Shown: positions 23,966 through 34,909 of the stretch, piece after piece | How positions within the stretch are numbered: position 1 is the stretch's first letter | How the letters are laid out: each line of letters starts with the position of its first letter | Notes under the pieces: generated by a model | What the model saw: only the letters and a program-made list of their open reading frames with translations | What the model was told of the DNA's origin: nothing | Databases searched by the model: none | Assembly (NCBI GenBank): GCA_963782915.1 | Contig: CAWALK010000020.1 | Coordinates: 160,001-224,000, forward strand | Reading direction: 5' to 3' | Source of the DNA: an uncultured archaeon | GTDB taxonomy: Archaea; Thermoproteota; Bathyarchaeia; Bathyarchaeales; Bathycorpusculaceae | Length of the DNA: 64,000 nucleotides | Position numbers and translations under genes: made by a program

Positions 23966-24774
23966 AAGTAACTTATCAGGGCGAAACTGGTGCATACAGC
24001 GAAATGGCTGTCTACAAATTCTTTGGCAGCAAAGCTGAGCCTGTGCCCTGTAAGGACTTCCGAGACGTCTTCGAATCAGTTAAAACAGGTGCTGTCCCAG
24101 ACGGGGTGGTTCCGATTGAGAACTCGATTGAGGGCAGCGTCAACCAAAACTACGACCTCTTTTTAGCGTACGACCTTAAAGTCTGCGGTGAAGTCGCAGT
24201 AAAACTTGCCCATGTCCTAATCGCTAACCCACAAACAAAATTCGAAGACATCGAAACCGTCTATTCCCATCCCCAAGCATTAGGGCAATGCCGCAGCTAC
24301 CTTGAGCGGCACAAATGGGAAATCATCCCCGCCTACGACACCGCAGGAAGCGTCAAAATAATCAAAGAAAAACAACTCTTCAACGCAGCCGCCATAGCAA
24401 GCGAAAAAGCCGCCGACCTCTACGACATGAAAATCCTCGCCCGAGACATCGCCGACAACCCAACAAACTACACCCGCTTCCTCGTCCTCGCACACGAAGA
24501 CGCAGCCCCCACAGGCGACGACAAAACCTCCATCATATTCTCAGCCAAACACGCCCCAGGAACCCTCTACCATGCACTCGGCGAATTCGCCTCACGCAAC
24601 ATCAACTTAACAAGAATCGAATCCAGACCAACCAAAACCACTGCATGGCAATACAACTTCTACCTCGACTTTGAGGGGCACCGAACAGAGAAACGATGCG
24701 CAGAAGCACTGCAGGCACTGGAGAAATACGCTGTATTCGTAAAGATTCTGGGAAGCTACCCCAGAGTCATCTGA
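23962..24774 (+). CDS. pheA: Prephenate dehydratase
   Basis: PIENSIEGSV, SHPQALGQC, NYTRF, IESRP (ACT domain). Confidence 0.95.
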   Translation: MKVTYQGETGAYSEMAVYKFFGSKAEPVPCKDFRDVFESVKTGAVPDGVVPIENSIEGSVNQNYDLFLAYDLKVCGEVAVKLAHVLIANPQTKFEDIETVYSHPQALGQCRSYLERHKWEIIPAYDTAGSVKIIKEKQLFNAAAIASEKAADLYDMKILARDIADNPTNYTRFLVLAHEDAAPTGDDKTSIIFSAKHAPGTLYHALGEFASRNINLTRIESRPTKTTAWQYNFYLDFEGHRTEKRCAEALQALEKYAVFVKILGSYPRVI

Positions 24775-24855
24775 GGATTTTCTTTATTGACAATTAAATT
24801 GCTGTAACGTTAATGTTACATATGGCACAAAAAGGTTACAGCCTTTTCTGTAAGG

Positions 24856-25023
24856 TCACATCTCTACGGCAATGTCTACATAGGCTTCTCCGTCATAGAG
24901 AATCCCTTCCATGCCTCGATGTCTACCGCTTTTCATGATTAATCTTGGTCCTGAGACTTTTCGGGCAATGTAGACTATGCGTTTGCCGATTATGCCGTCG
25001 CCTTCGCTTGTCAGTGTTGTCAT
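24856..25023 (-). CDS. Small hypothetical protein (55 aa), not in the ORF track
   Basis: MTTLTSEGDGIIGKRIVYIARKVSGPRLIMKSGRHRGMEGILYDGEAYVDIAVEM; ATGA overlap with the upstream RHH gene stop. Confidence 0.55.
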   Translation of the reverse strand: MTTLTSEGDGIIGKRIVYIARKVSGPRLIMKSGRHRGMEGILYDGEAYVDIAVEM

Positions 25024-25385
25024 TGTTTAGCCTTTTTGATTTTGCCCTCTTGGAGGAGCTTATTGACGGTTTTAAAAGTGATGCTGAATTCTAAACCTAA
25101 TGTATCCGCTATTTCGCTGGCGAAGCTGGGTCCTGGATGGTCTTTTAGGTATTCTTCAATCATGCGTTCTGCTTCTTGTTCCTCGACCTTTTTGACGCTG
25201 ACGACTTCCATACTGCCAAGTTTGTCTCGTACTGATTCTCGTAGGAAATCGGCGAAGCTGCGGTACATTCCTGCGTCAATGAGTTGCTGGACTTTTCGGT
25301 AATCTGATTTGGAGAGTCTGACTGCTGCTTGGAGCCCTTCTGAGCTGGGGAGTTTTTGTTTTTTCACCATTACCACTGGTACCAA
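25020..25385 (-). CDS. Ribbon-helix-helix (CopG/Arc-like) plus winged-helix DNA-binding protein
   Basis: AAVRLS...LIDAGMYRSFADFLRESVR (RHH); ASEIADTLGL...LLQEGKI (wHTH). Confidence 0.8.
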   Translation of the reverse strand: MVPVVMVKKQKLPSSEGLQAAVRLSKSDYRKVQQLIDAGMYRSFADFLRESVRDKLGSMEVVSVKKVEEQEAERMIEEYLKDHPGPSFASEIADTLGLEFSITFKTVNKLLQEGKIKKAKQ

Positions 25386-25448
25386 ATGGTATAGAAAGTC
25401 AATAAATATTTTGTATAAGAAAACGGCGAATTAAGATCGCCGATTTAA

Positions 25449-26081
25449 TTAGATGCCTAACCGTTTTACGTTATTGCAATAAAAATTGTCTATGATTCTG
25501 TGTCCTTCAGTGTGCGTTTCATTTCCTACTGTTATGCGTTCAGGATGGAATTGTACACCAAAGAACAGCCTGTCTTTACGCTTAACCGCTTCTACCTCGC
25601 ATGAGGCTGAATCAGCTATCAAGTTGAAGCCTGCACCCTCAAGGCTGTCTTTTTGGACATAATCGTTGTGCCATTCAGCTAATGGAACGGTTTGTCCCAT
25701 TTTGAATCTTGCAAGAATATCGCCAGTCTGAACCACCCTAACCTGTTCGAACTTGTTGATGACTGGTTGCTGTAGTGTTCCAGTTTTGGCGCCGAATGCA
25801 TAGCAGAGCAGTTGGTGCCCAAAGCAGATTCCAAGAAGGGGCACTTTGCATGACTGGATTAGTTTCAAAACTCCTTCGAATTTTGCCCTGTGAGTGGGGT
25901 CAATTATTCGGGCGTCTGATCCACTTATGACGACGGCGCTGATGTCTTCGCCGATTTGATAATCAGTCCCTATATTTGAGTATGGGACGACTTTGCAGAC
26001 TGTGTATTTGTTGAGGGCGTCTCGGAGTTCGTTGATTTTGTTGCTGTCTAAGTAGCAGTTGATTAGTAAGGTTTTGGTCAT
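25449..26081 (-). CDS. Class I glutamine amidotransferase domain protein
   Basis: ISGS, LGICFGHQ, GVQFHPE. Confidence 0.88.
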   Translation of the reverse strand: MTKTLLINCYLDSNKINELRDALNKYTVCKVVPYSNIGTDYQIGEDISAVVISGSDARIIDPTHRAKFEGVLKLIQSCKVPLLGICFGHQLLCYAFGAKTGTLQQPVINKFEQVRVVQTGDILARFKMGQTVPLAEWHNDYVQKDSLEGAGFNLIADSASCEVEAVKRKDRLFFGVQFHPERITVGNETHTEGHRIIDNFYCNNVKRLGI

Positions 26082-26164
26082 TTGGCTTTCGACTCGGTTG
26101 TTTGATTAGGTTACGGTGTGGGTTTCTTAGCTTTTTCTATAGTTCCCCTCAAGCGACAGTAGAT

Positions 26165-26318
26165 TAAAAAAATTTGTGCTGTTCTGCTTGCAGTTAACGC
26201 CACAACCAGCCTGCAACCCAACCGTGACGCTGTAGAGCAAAAACGCAATCATCCGCAAATGCCTGCTGGTTGTTGTTGTGTATAGGGGTTTTCAGCAACA
26301 ACAACTATAGAAAAACAG
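26165..26318 (-). repeat. Dispersed intergenic repeat, copy R4
   Basis: Identical blocks of 22 and 18 bp shared with R2; CAAGCAGAAC shared with R1. Confidence 0.8.
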
Positions 26319-26360
26319 AGTGCCAACCAACTTTGAGCTAATGGCAAGGAAAAAAGGTGG

Positions 26361-26834
26361 TTACCTTTCGATTATTTCCCGAGTTTTAAGGTAAACATCC
26401 ACTGGTTTGATTGGTGTACCGCAGCCTTTGCAGATCAAAATTTTTCCTGCCTCTGGAATATCTGCCATATTGTTGCATTTGGGGCAGTTGCACGCTTGCA
26501 TTACGATGCTCTTCTTGGTTAACCATTCACGTAGCGAAGCGAAATCTTCGATTGCTTTTGCCTCAAGTGTTCGCTCTGGTCTGCAGATATGTGGTGTTCC
26601 TCTTCTGCCGCATTTCGGGCAAATGTGACCGTACTCGAAAATTTCGAAAACACATGGTAAACAAAGCTTCTTTTTCTCGTATTCTGGTAGCTTCTTCTCT
26701 TGCCCAAACTGGGGTGACGCCATAACCATGAATTTAATGTAGCCTTTGCGTAGCTGCATATTCCAAAATACGGTGTTGCGTTCTGGCCAAGTTAATTCTT
26801 CTCCACATCTTGCACATGTATCCATACAGTTCAA
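26361..26834 (-). CDS. Multi-CxxC zinc-ribbon protein
   Basis: CARC, CLPC, CPKC, CPKC and CKGC motifs. Confidence 0.7.
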   Translation of the reverse strand: MNCMDTCARCGEELTWPERNTVFWNMQLRKGYIKFMVMASPQFGQEKKLPEYEKKKLCLPCVFEIFEYGHICPKCGRRGTPHICRPERTLEAKAIEDFASLREWLTKKSIVMQACNCPKCNNMADIPEAGKILICKGCGTPIKPVDVYLKTREIIER

Positions 26835-26842
26835 TCTCCAAG

Positions 26843-27719
26843 TTATTTTTCCGTTGATTCCAGCATTTTGTACATTGTTTCGTAGCTTTCGCCGTAGTCA
26901 CCATCGACTTTGGCAAGTTTAGCTCGTAAGCGGTCCATGCGTGCCATTATGGCTTGGGAATCCTTCTTTTTCATCAACTCAACCCATTCTTCAGCGTTGG
27001 CGATGAATTGTTCCTCCATTTTTTCTAAGCCTGGAACTTTGGTTTGAACGTTGGCGTAGAGGTCGGGGGTTTCCTGCGCAACCGCTTCCGCAAGGGTGAG
27101 TAGCATGCGGTATGTTGTGCCTGCTAACTTTTTGGATTCTGGGAAGGCTGGTTGTTCAAGCAGGGTTTCGCAGGTGACTAACCCGATGAAATGTGATAAT
27201 CCCAAAATAATTGACATGAGCTCGTCATGTTTCTGTGGAGTCATGACAAAGACGTGGGCTTCTTCTTTTTCGAGCCACGCCTTAAACTCCTGTGCGTAAG
27301 CTTCCTCTTCGGGGTTAGTAGGTGTTAGCACGTAGGCTTTGTGTGCTACGCCGTTGCTGCCTGGCCCAAACACTGGATGCGTACCCAACACCAAGCGCAT
27401 CTTTGAGGTATTGATGCATAACGTTAACTGGAAACTCTTTGATAGAACAAACATCCATGACTGCTTGCCCCTGATGGATGGCAGGGGCTATTTTTTTGAC
27501 GGTTTCCTCAAAAGAGGATATTGATACGCAGATTAAGACGCGGTCAGCGCCTTTAACTGCGGTTGGGAAATCAGCTGTTTCTACGCCCAACTCTTTGCCT
27601 AATTTTGAGAGTTTTTCTGCGTTCCTGTCCGCGAGAACCACGGTGTCTCCTTTGGCTTTACACCATTTGGTGTACCAGACACCCATTTTTCCCGCGCCAA
27701 GAACGGCTGTCCTCATCAA
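26843..27719 (-). CDS. tyrA: Prephenate dehydrogenase (frameshift ~27400)
   Basis: GAGKMG, DVCSIK, THPVFGP, HDELMSIILGLSH. Confidence 0.92.
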
Positions 27720-28794
27720 GTGGCCTCGCAGATTTTCTCTAGTGCAGCTTCGATTTGGTCGTCTGGTGCGGTTAAGCTGATGCGGAAGTGTTCTGGGTAG
27801 TCTCCGAAGCTTGTGCCTGGTGCGACTGCTACGCCTCTGTCGAGTAGGTCGAGGGTGAATTTTACGCCGTCTAAGCCTTCGCGTTTGGGGAACACGTAGA
27901 AGGGTGCGTCTGGCTTGGTGAATTTGAAGCCTGCAGCCGAGAGTTTTGTGGATGCGAGGTCTGCGCGTGCTTTGTATTTGGCTTTGATGTTGGCTGCGAT
28001 TTGTGCGTGGAGTTCCATGCCTTTGAGTGCTGCGTCTTGGATGAAGACTGGGACGTTGTTGAAGGTGATTTGGTTGAGTTTGGTTACGTTGTCTATGTAT
28101 GTTTTGTTGGCGACTATGTACCCGATGCGCCAGCCTGTCATAGTGAAGGTCTTCGAGAAGCCGTTGCTAGAGGATATGTTTAGCTGTCGGCTCCGTAGTC
28201 TAGGATGCTTTTGGTTTTGTTGAAGGCGATTGCTCCATAGACTTCGTCGGAGAGGATCGTTATGCCCTTTTTGTTAGCTAACTCAACTACTTCGTCGAGG
28301 GTTTTGCTGTCCATGACTTTGCTGGTTGGGTTGTTAGGGTTGTTGAGTATGATCATTTTTGTTTCGCTGTCAATTAACTCCTCAAGTTTGGAAACATCGA
28401 CTTTCCAGCCTGTTTCCATTTCTGTGCGGAGTAGCTTGGTTTTTGCGCCAAAGCTCTTAGCGATTAAATCGTAAGCTGTCCAGTAAGGCGTTGGGATGAT
28501 GACGTTGCCGCCGTTCTTGAGCATCAAGAACATAGTAACAAATATAGCCCATTTGGAGCCGGGGGTGATGACAACGTTTTCTGCTTTTACGCCATGGGAT
28601 TCAGCGATTTTTTGTCGCAGACGCAACTCGCCATAGGAGGATGAGTATTTGGTTTTACCCGCCTTCATCGAAGCATAAGCTGCTTCCACGATTTCAGGTG
28701 GAGTAGCCATGTCTGGGTCGCCGAGGTTTAATCGGATGATTTTTTTTCCTTCACTTTCCAGTTTAAGTGCTTTCTCGTTTATTTCATAGAGCAT
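27716..28794 (-). CDS. Class I PLP aminotransferase, probably aromatic/aspartate (frameshift ~28170)
   Basis: NNPNNPT, SDEVY, FSKTFTMTGWRIGY. Confidence 0.9.
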
Positions 28795-28820
28795 AGATCC
28801 GACTCTCCGTTAAGAGTTCT

Positions 28821-29081
28821 CTATTCCTGAACGGCACTGCACATATTAACTATTTCGCGGTAAAGGCGTTCAATTTGGTCTGGGTCTAGCTTGAGCAGTT
28901 CCGCTCTTTCTCTGGCACGTTTGAATACTGCGATTTCTCTTGAGAGGTCCTGGACGGGTTTGCCCTGCTGCTTCTTGAGTTCGCCGATGGCTCGGCATAC
29001 TTTTACTCGCTGGACTATGTCTCTTAGGATTTGGTCGTCGATTGCGTCGACTTTTTCACGTAGCGCTGCTAATTCGCTCAT
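28821..29081 (-). CDS. Chorismate mutase (AroQ type)
   Basis: LREKVDAID...QR...IGELK...D.SRE. Confidence 0.9.
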   Translation of the reverse strand: MSELAALREKVDAIDDQILRDIVQRVKVCRAIGELKKQQGKPVQDLSREIAVFKRARERAELLKLDPDQIERLYREIVNMCSAVQE

Positions 29082-29085
29082 ATGT

Positions 29086-30191
29086 TTAGTGCTCCTTGAG
29101 GGTTTTTGGGATTTCACCTACACGTATAAGGTGATCCGCTAAGTGTGATTGCGACTGCTGCTTCGATTGCTGGCACCGCTTTGGGAACTACACAGGGATC
29201 ATGACGTCCTTTAACGCTGATAGAGGCATTCTCCATCGATGACATGTTGATGGTCTGCTGCTCTTTGGCAGATTGAGGGCGTCGGTTTGATTGCAACTCG
29301 GATAACTATGGGCATGCCTGAGGATAAGCCGCCTAAGATGCCGCCTGCATTCTCCGTTGCCGTAACCACTTTGCCGCCTTTAATTAGGAAGGCGTCATTG
29401 TTTTCTGAGCCGCGGAATTCTGCAGCTTTGAAGCCAGCCCCAAACTCGATGCCTTTAACCGCTGGAACTGCGAACAGTGCCTTAGCTAAATCTCCGTCTA
29501 ATGTGTCAAAGAGAGGTTCCCCAACACCTGCAGGCATGTTGAGTGCTAAGCATTCGATAACTCCGCCAAGGCTGTCGCCCGATTCTTTAGCGCTGATTAT
29601 GGCTGCCTCCATTTGTTCTGCACAGGCAAAATCTGGGCACCGAGTTGTGGTTGAGTAACGGTTCTTCTTGATTTCCGCTGGGCTGAACTTCTTGTCACTT
29701 TTAACTTGCCCAATTGCCGCAGTGTAAGCTAAAACATCAATGTTGTATCTGCCAAGGAGCTTCTTGGCGACTACACCCGCCATGATAAGCGCCACTGTGA
29801 CCCGTCCTGAGAAGCGTCCGCCGCCTCGATAATCGTTGAAGCCGCCGTATCGGATGCGGGCTGGATAATCGGAATGCGCTGGTCGGGGTAGGTCTTTGAT
29901 GGCGTCATAATCGCTTGATTTAGTTTCCTTATTCTCAACCATTAATGCGATGGGTGCGCCTGTGGTAAAACCGTTAAAGACTCCTGATAGAATTTTGGCG
30001 TGGTCCTTCTCGACTCTGGCTGAAACAATTTTGGGCTCCGCTGGAATCCTGCGGTCCAACTCTTCCTGAAAATCCTCTTCGCCAAGAGGCAACCCCGCTG
30101 GGCAACCGTCAACGACTACGCCAACGACTTTGCCATGGCTCTCCCCAAACGTTGTAACAGTGAATTCTTTACCTATCGAGTTTCCCGCCAA
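29086..30191 (-). CDS. aroC: Chorismate synthase (frameshifts near the 3' end)
   Basis: TFGESHG, RPAHSD, GGGRFSGR, KPTPSI, GRHDPCV. Confidence 0.95.
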
Positions 30192-31458
30192 CCACTTCAG
30201 CTCCTAGTTGCTTTATGTGAAGGTAGAACTGCGGATAAGACTTTCTGATGCACTCGGCATGCTCTATTGTGGTTTCTCCTTTTGCGCCGAGTGCGGCGAC
30301 GGCGGCTGCCATGGCGATTCTGTGGTCGTTATGGGGGTCGATGGTTGCGCCGTGGAGTGATGCGCCTTTGATGGTTAAGGCGTCGTCTGTTATTGTGATT
30401 TCTGCGCCCATTTTGCCGAGTTCCTGCTGGATTGATAGTAGCCTATCCGATTCTTTGAGCCTGAAACGTCTTGCACCTGTAATATGAGATGTGCCGTTTG
30501 CGTAACAGGCAAGAACCGCGATGGCTGGGACAAGGTCAGGAATATTTTTTACATCAACCTCTATGGGTTTTAGGGGTTTGCCTGTGCCTTCGATTTCGAC
30601 GCTGTCACGGCAGACTTTGCCTTCTACACCCATCCGTTTGAGAATGGTAAGAATCGCTTTGTCGCCCTGCACCGCTTCATAATCAAGATTGCTAACTGTG
30701 ACTTTGGAGTTGGTGATGGCTGCGGCTGCCAATAGGAATGCTGCTGAGGAGAAGTCGCCTGGGACATTGCTGTCGGTTGCCTTGTAGGCTTGGCTGGCTG
30801 GAACAATTATGCCCTTGTCTTCTAAGCCGACTACTACTGCATGATTGGAGAGGACCGCTTCAGTCATTTTGACGTAATCGGCTGATTCCAGCGGTGAAGT
30901 TAGGGTGATTTCTGTGTCTGCTTCAGCTAATGGGCAAGCAAACATTAGACCCGAAATGAACTGGGAACTCACATTGCCAGCGATAGAGCATTTGCCGCCG
31001 ACGATGCCGCCGCCTTCAACGAAAACAGCGTCTAAATCGCCCTGTTTTCCTACATGGGCGTCTGCGCCAAGCTGTTTGAGGCTCTCAAGCAGTGGCTCCA
31101 CGGGGCGACGCTCAATCGAACCCCTAAACGTAAGAATTGAAGGACCATCTGCCAATGCGGCTACGGGTATCATGAAGCGCAGGGTTGCGCCTGATTCACC
31201 GCAGTCAATGGGCTCCTTTGAGGCTTGGGGTTTTGCGCCTTTGATTGCCCAGCAGCCATCTTGTGCCTTGAATTGTGCGCCTAAAGCGGTGACTGCTCGA
31301 AGTGCAGCTTCGGTATCATCAGATAAAGGCGGATTGAAAATATGTGATGTGCCCTCGGAAAGCGCCGCTGCGATGACCATGCGTTGAGTATAAGATTTCG
31401 AAGGAGGCGCACAAACGCTGCCGCTTAGCTTCTCCGCTTTCTTTACAACTACATCCAT
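30169..31458 (-). CDS. aroA: EPSP synthase
   Basis: PPSKS, GESGATLRF, SSQFISG, RLKESDR, DHRIAM, KSYPQF. Confidence 0.96.
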   Translation of the reverse strand: MDVVVKKAEKLSGSVCAPPSKSYTQRMVIAAALSEGTSHIFNPPLSDDTEAALRAVTALGAQFKAQDGCWAIKGAKPQASKEPIDCGESGATLRFMIPVAALADGPSILTFRGSIERRPVEPLLESLKQLGADAHVGKQGDLDAVFVEGGGIVGGKCSIAGNVSSQFISGLMFACPLAEADTEITLTSPLESADYVKMTEAVLSNHAVVVGLEDKGIIVPASQAYKATDSNVPGDFSSAAFLLAAAAITNSKVTVSNLDYEAVQGDKAILTILKRMGVEGKVCRDSVEIEGTGKPLKPIEVDVKNIPDLVPAIAVLACYANGTSHITGARRFRLKESDRLLSIQQELGKMGAEITITDDALTIKGASLHGATIDPHNDHRIAMAAAVAALGAKGETTIEHAECIRKSYPQFYLHIKQLGAEVVGGKLDR

Positions 31459-31461
31459 CTG

Positions 31462-32331
31462 CTAAGCCACCTTGGCTTTCTCACTGTTAAGTTGTGCCAC
31501 CAAAACTTCGCCTTCATACTTCTGCAAGGCAGCTTTGACTTTATCAACATTATCTTTTGATGTTACTGCGGTTACGGCGGGTCCTTTGCCGCAGAGTCCA
31601 GCTGCAACTGCTCCAGCAGCTAAGGCATCGATTGCGATGGTTGTGTTCTGGTTGGATGCGGCAGAATAGACTAAGCCGTTTAGTGTTAGTGCTTCCCAAA
31701 TTTTGCCTTCCATAGCTTTCTCAAAGGCGATTTGGACAAGGGGTTTTACGGTTTTGAGCCTCTCCACATCTGAGTTTATAGTGTAGGCTTTCTGGGGTGG
31801 CACATGGAAAAGCACCACCAAATCCTTTGGAAGCGTTATCTGTTTGAGGATTTGGCGATTTAGGTTGTCGGTTATGACTGCTCCGCCAAAGTAGGATGCG
31901 CATGCATCATCGAAAGCGCCTGTGATTGTGCATTTGGCGTCAAAAGCCGCTTCTACGCCGATTTTTATTATTTCTAAATCGTCCAGTTTCTTGCCTAATG
32001 CTGTGACGGTGGCGAGTGCGGTTGCGTTTGCTGCTACGCTGCTGCTCTTTAAGCCTCGGGCAGCAGGGATGTTAGACGTAGTTTTAACTTTAGCGCCAAA
32101 TGTCTCTTCTAAATTAAACCGCTCAAGGACCCGTATGACAGTGCGTTCCATCAGAAGCGTGCTTTCTTTTGGGTCAGAGGTTATTTGTATTTCGAAAATG
32201 CCTGCTTCATCTGTAAGTTTGACTTCTGCTTTAGTCCATAAATCTACGCCGAAAGCTGCACCCTTACCTAATGCAATCGCATTTACGATTGTCGCTGCGC
32301 CATGCGCCACTGCCACCGCTTTACCCGCCAA
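31462..32331 (-). CDS. aroK: Archaeal (GHMP-type) shikimate kinase
   Basis: GAATIVNAIA, GLKSSS, ITGAFDDA. Confidence 0.93.
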   Translation of the reverse strand: MAGKAVAVAHGAATIVNAIALGKGAAFGVDLWTKAEVKLTDEAGIFEIQITSDPKESTLLMERTVIRVLERFNLEETFGAKVKTTSNIPAARGLKSSSVAANATALATVTALGKKLDDLEIIKIGVEAAFDAKCTITGAFDDACASYFGGAVITDNLNRQILKQITLPKDLVVLFHVPPQKAYTINSDVERLKTVKPLVQIAFEKAMEGKIWEALTLNGLVYSAASNQNTTIAIDALAAGAVAAGLCGKGPAVTAVTSKDNVDKVKAALQKYEGEVLVAQLNSEKAKVA

Positions 32332-32337
32332 ACCTAT

Positions 32338-33199
32338 CTACACCTTCTGCTGTAAATGAGTTAGCGCTGCCTTCCTCATAACTTCAACGGGTGCCGATTT
32401 GCCTGTCCAGATTTCAAAGGATGCTGCGCCCTGATAAATCAGCATCTCAACGCCGCTCACCACTTTGGCTCCGACGGTTTTGGCGTCTTTTGCCAATTTA
32501 GTTTCAAATGGATTGTAAACGATGTCCATGACTGAGAGGTTTCTTCGGAGCAATTCGGATCGGAACTGGGGTTTGGTCTGGGCGTGGTTTCATGCCCACT
32601 GAGGTGGCGTTGATTAGGACATCTGAATCTTGCAGGTTAGCATCAATATCTTCCAGCGAAAGTGAGCCTGCTACTATTCGTTTGTTAGCTGCTTTCTCCA
32701 CCAACCGTGCCAATGCCTGAGCATCCTTTACGGTACGGTTAAGCACTGCGAGTTCGTCAGCTTCCTTAGCCATCGCATAAGCAATCGCTCTGGCTGCTCC
32801 GCCTGCACCAAGCAACAGCACTTTTCTGCCTTTCAGTTCGACGCCGTTTTCTTTTAGCGCCTTTACTGCGCCTACGCCGTCAGTGTTGAAGCCAAACAGC
32901 AAGTTTTCTTTGTTTAGGACTGTGTTAACTGAATTGATGATTTGGGCTGATAAGTCAATGCGGTCTAAATTTGCCATCACCGTTTTTTTGTGGGGCATGG
33001 TTACGTTTAATCCGCGGATGTTTAGTGCCCGCATCCCATTTACTGCATCCACTACATAGGATGGTTTAACTTTGAACGCTAAAAACACGTAGTCCAAGTC
33101 GAGTGCTTGAAAGGCTGCATTATGCATAATCGGGCTTAGCGAATGCTCAATGGGGTCACCTATGACTCCGCACACTCGAGTTTTGCCCGAAATAGTCAT
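32338..33199 (-). CDS. aroE: Shikimate dehydrogenase (frameshift ~32550)
   Basis: HSLSPIMHN, NVTMPHK, NTDGVG, GAGGAA, DIVYNP, MLIYQG. Confidence 0.95.
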
Positions 33200-33891
33200 T
33201 TATTGCCCTATCCCCAGTAGTTTGTATGCAGTCTTCATTTCTTTTATACTCATCTGTCCCGATGCCGTCTGGTTGCTTTCGTCGAGTGAGGCGAAGGTGA
33301 AGTATGCGCCAAATGCTGGGGAGAGTAACCTTGAGGTTTTGCCTTGCTTCGCCCATGCAGAAGCAGACAAGCTTTGCTTTAGTGGAGGCGAACTGAAACA
33401 AAGCTCAACACTGGGAGGTTGTCTTCGATTTGTTTTGCGGTTAAGACGATTTTGCAGATGTCTGCTCCGCATGCGATTTCGTTCATCGAGGATTTTTTCC
33501 ATGGAGGATGACGTGTTAGGATTCCGTCGAATTTGTGGTAGGAAACGACGGTTTTTGTGCCAAGTTGCTTTAGTTTGCTGAGGGTTTCGCTGCGTTTTGG
33601 GCTGGAAAAATCTACATCGACAAACGCAAAACCGCTTTTAGCAGCGTTCAACAAGGTTTGCTGCCTCTCAGCTTCAGAACCAGTAAAATGCCCTTTCTCA
33701 CTTTGCAACTTGTTCGTTGCAATTAGCGGGATTTTTGTGCTCTTAGGCAGATCCGCTAAATTCCTTGTTTCTTCAAGGCAATCCATGCTGACCTCAACAA
33801 AATCTGCTTGAGCCTTCTCGGCTTTCTCTATTAGGTTTAAGGCTTCGGCTATGTTTTTAGGCATAATAGAGACGCAAATTTTTGCGCTCAC
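33200..33891 (-). CDS. aroD: Type I 3-dehydroquinate dehydratase (frameshifts)
   Basis: ICVSI, VSYH, GADICKIV, SRLLSP, SGQM. Confidence 0.88.
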
Positions 33892-34909
33892 TTCTCAATC
33901 ACCGTTTCATCTGGCACAGAGATGCCAAAGTGTCTGCCTCCACGAGCCGCCAAGTGCACCATGACTTCGTCGCCTGGTTTTAGGTCGGTGACGGGTTTGG
34001 ATGCTTTTGGGGTGACGACTCGGATGGTTTCGGCGTTCTGCAGGATGGTTTTAATGGTTTTTCCCTCTACCTGTGCTTCTACTAAGATGAGTGGGCGGAT
34101 TTCGATTTTTATGCGTGCCAACGTTTGCTTTGCGGGTTTTGCCCTCGCGGTTAACGAGTATGACTTCGTCGCCTGCTTTGAATTCTTGGAGGTAACGTGT
34201 CGTTTGCAGATTGCCCAACGTGTACATGGAGCAGGAGCCGGCGTTTACGCGGAAAGGTCGTGATGCTACATAGGGGTTTTCGTTAACTTCCGCTTCCACC
34301 AAGAACAAGCCTGCGCTTTGGCTGCCGACCAGCATGCCTTCGCCTGGCTGCATCAAGTCACAGGTGTCAACGCAGACGCGTGCGCCGGTGCTGATGGGTT
34401 TGGTGGCTAAGATTTTGGCTGGTACCATCTCAAGTTTTAAGTGCGTCGGGTTTTACGATGGCTACGGTTTTTAGGATTTCATCCGCGTCGGAAGTTTTTA
34501 GCAAGACGCCATCGGTTCCTAATTCAAGGGTTTCCAACGCTACTTTTGCTTCTTCGGCGTTGGTGACTTCTGCGATTAGTTTGCTTTTGCCCTTTATTCG
34601 GGCGATGAGGTTCTCCAGTGGAATAACTCGCCAGTTTGCTGTGCTGACTAAGTATGTGTGTTGCGCCTTGTTCGGCAGCTTTAACGATTAGGTTTTCGCT
34701 TGCTTTGTCACTGATGCAAATCCGCAGAACTTTCTGCTGCTTTATTCTTTTTCGAGGGCAGCCTCATTGCTTGGAGAGACTACGTTGATGGTTTGTTTGT
34801 TAGCTAGAAATTCTGCTTTATCATCTTCGATGACTACATCGACATATTGATTGATAAGCGCCTCTATAGAGCTCTTTTTTTGGGTTGTTTCTAGCCAGAG
34901 TTCCTTCAA
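33888..34909 (-). CDS. 3-dehydroquinate synthase II (AroB'), several frameshifts
   Basis: MKELW start, WRVIPLENLIA, RVCVDTC, GEGMLVG, RPFRVNAG, KIEIRPL, LQNAETI, GRHFG. Confidence 0.9.

Noticed and set aside
24803-24820. TGTAAC-n6-GTTACA palindrome
   Set aside because: It lies between convergent gene ends with no promoter context and occurs once.
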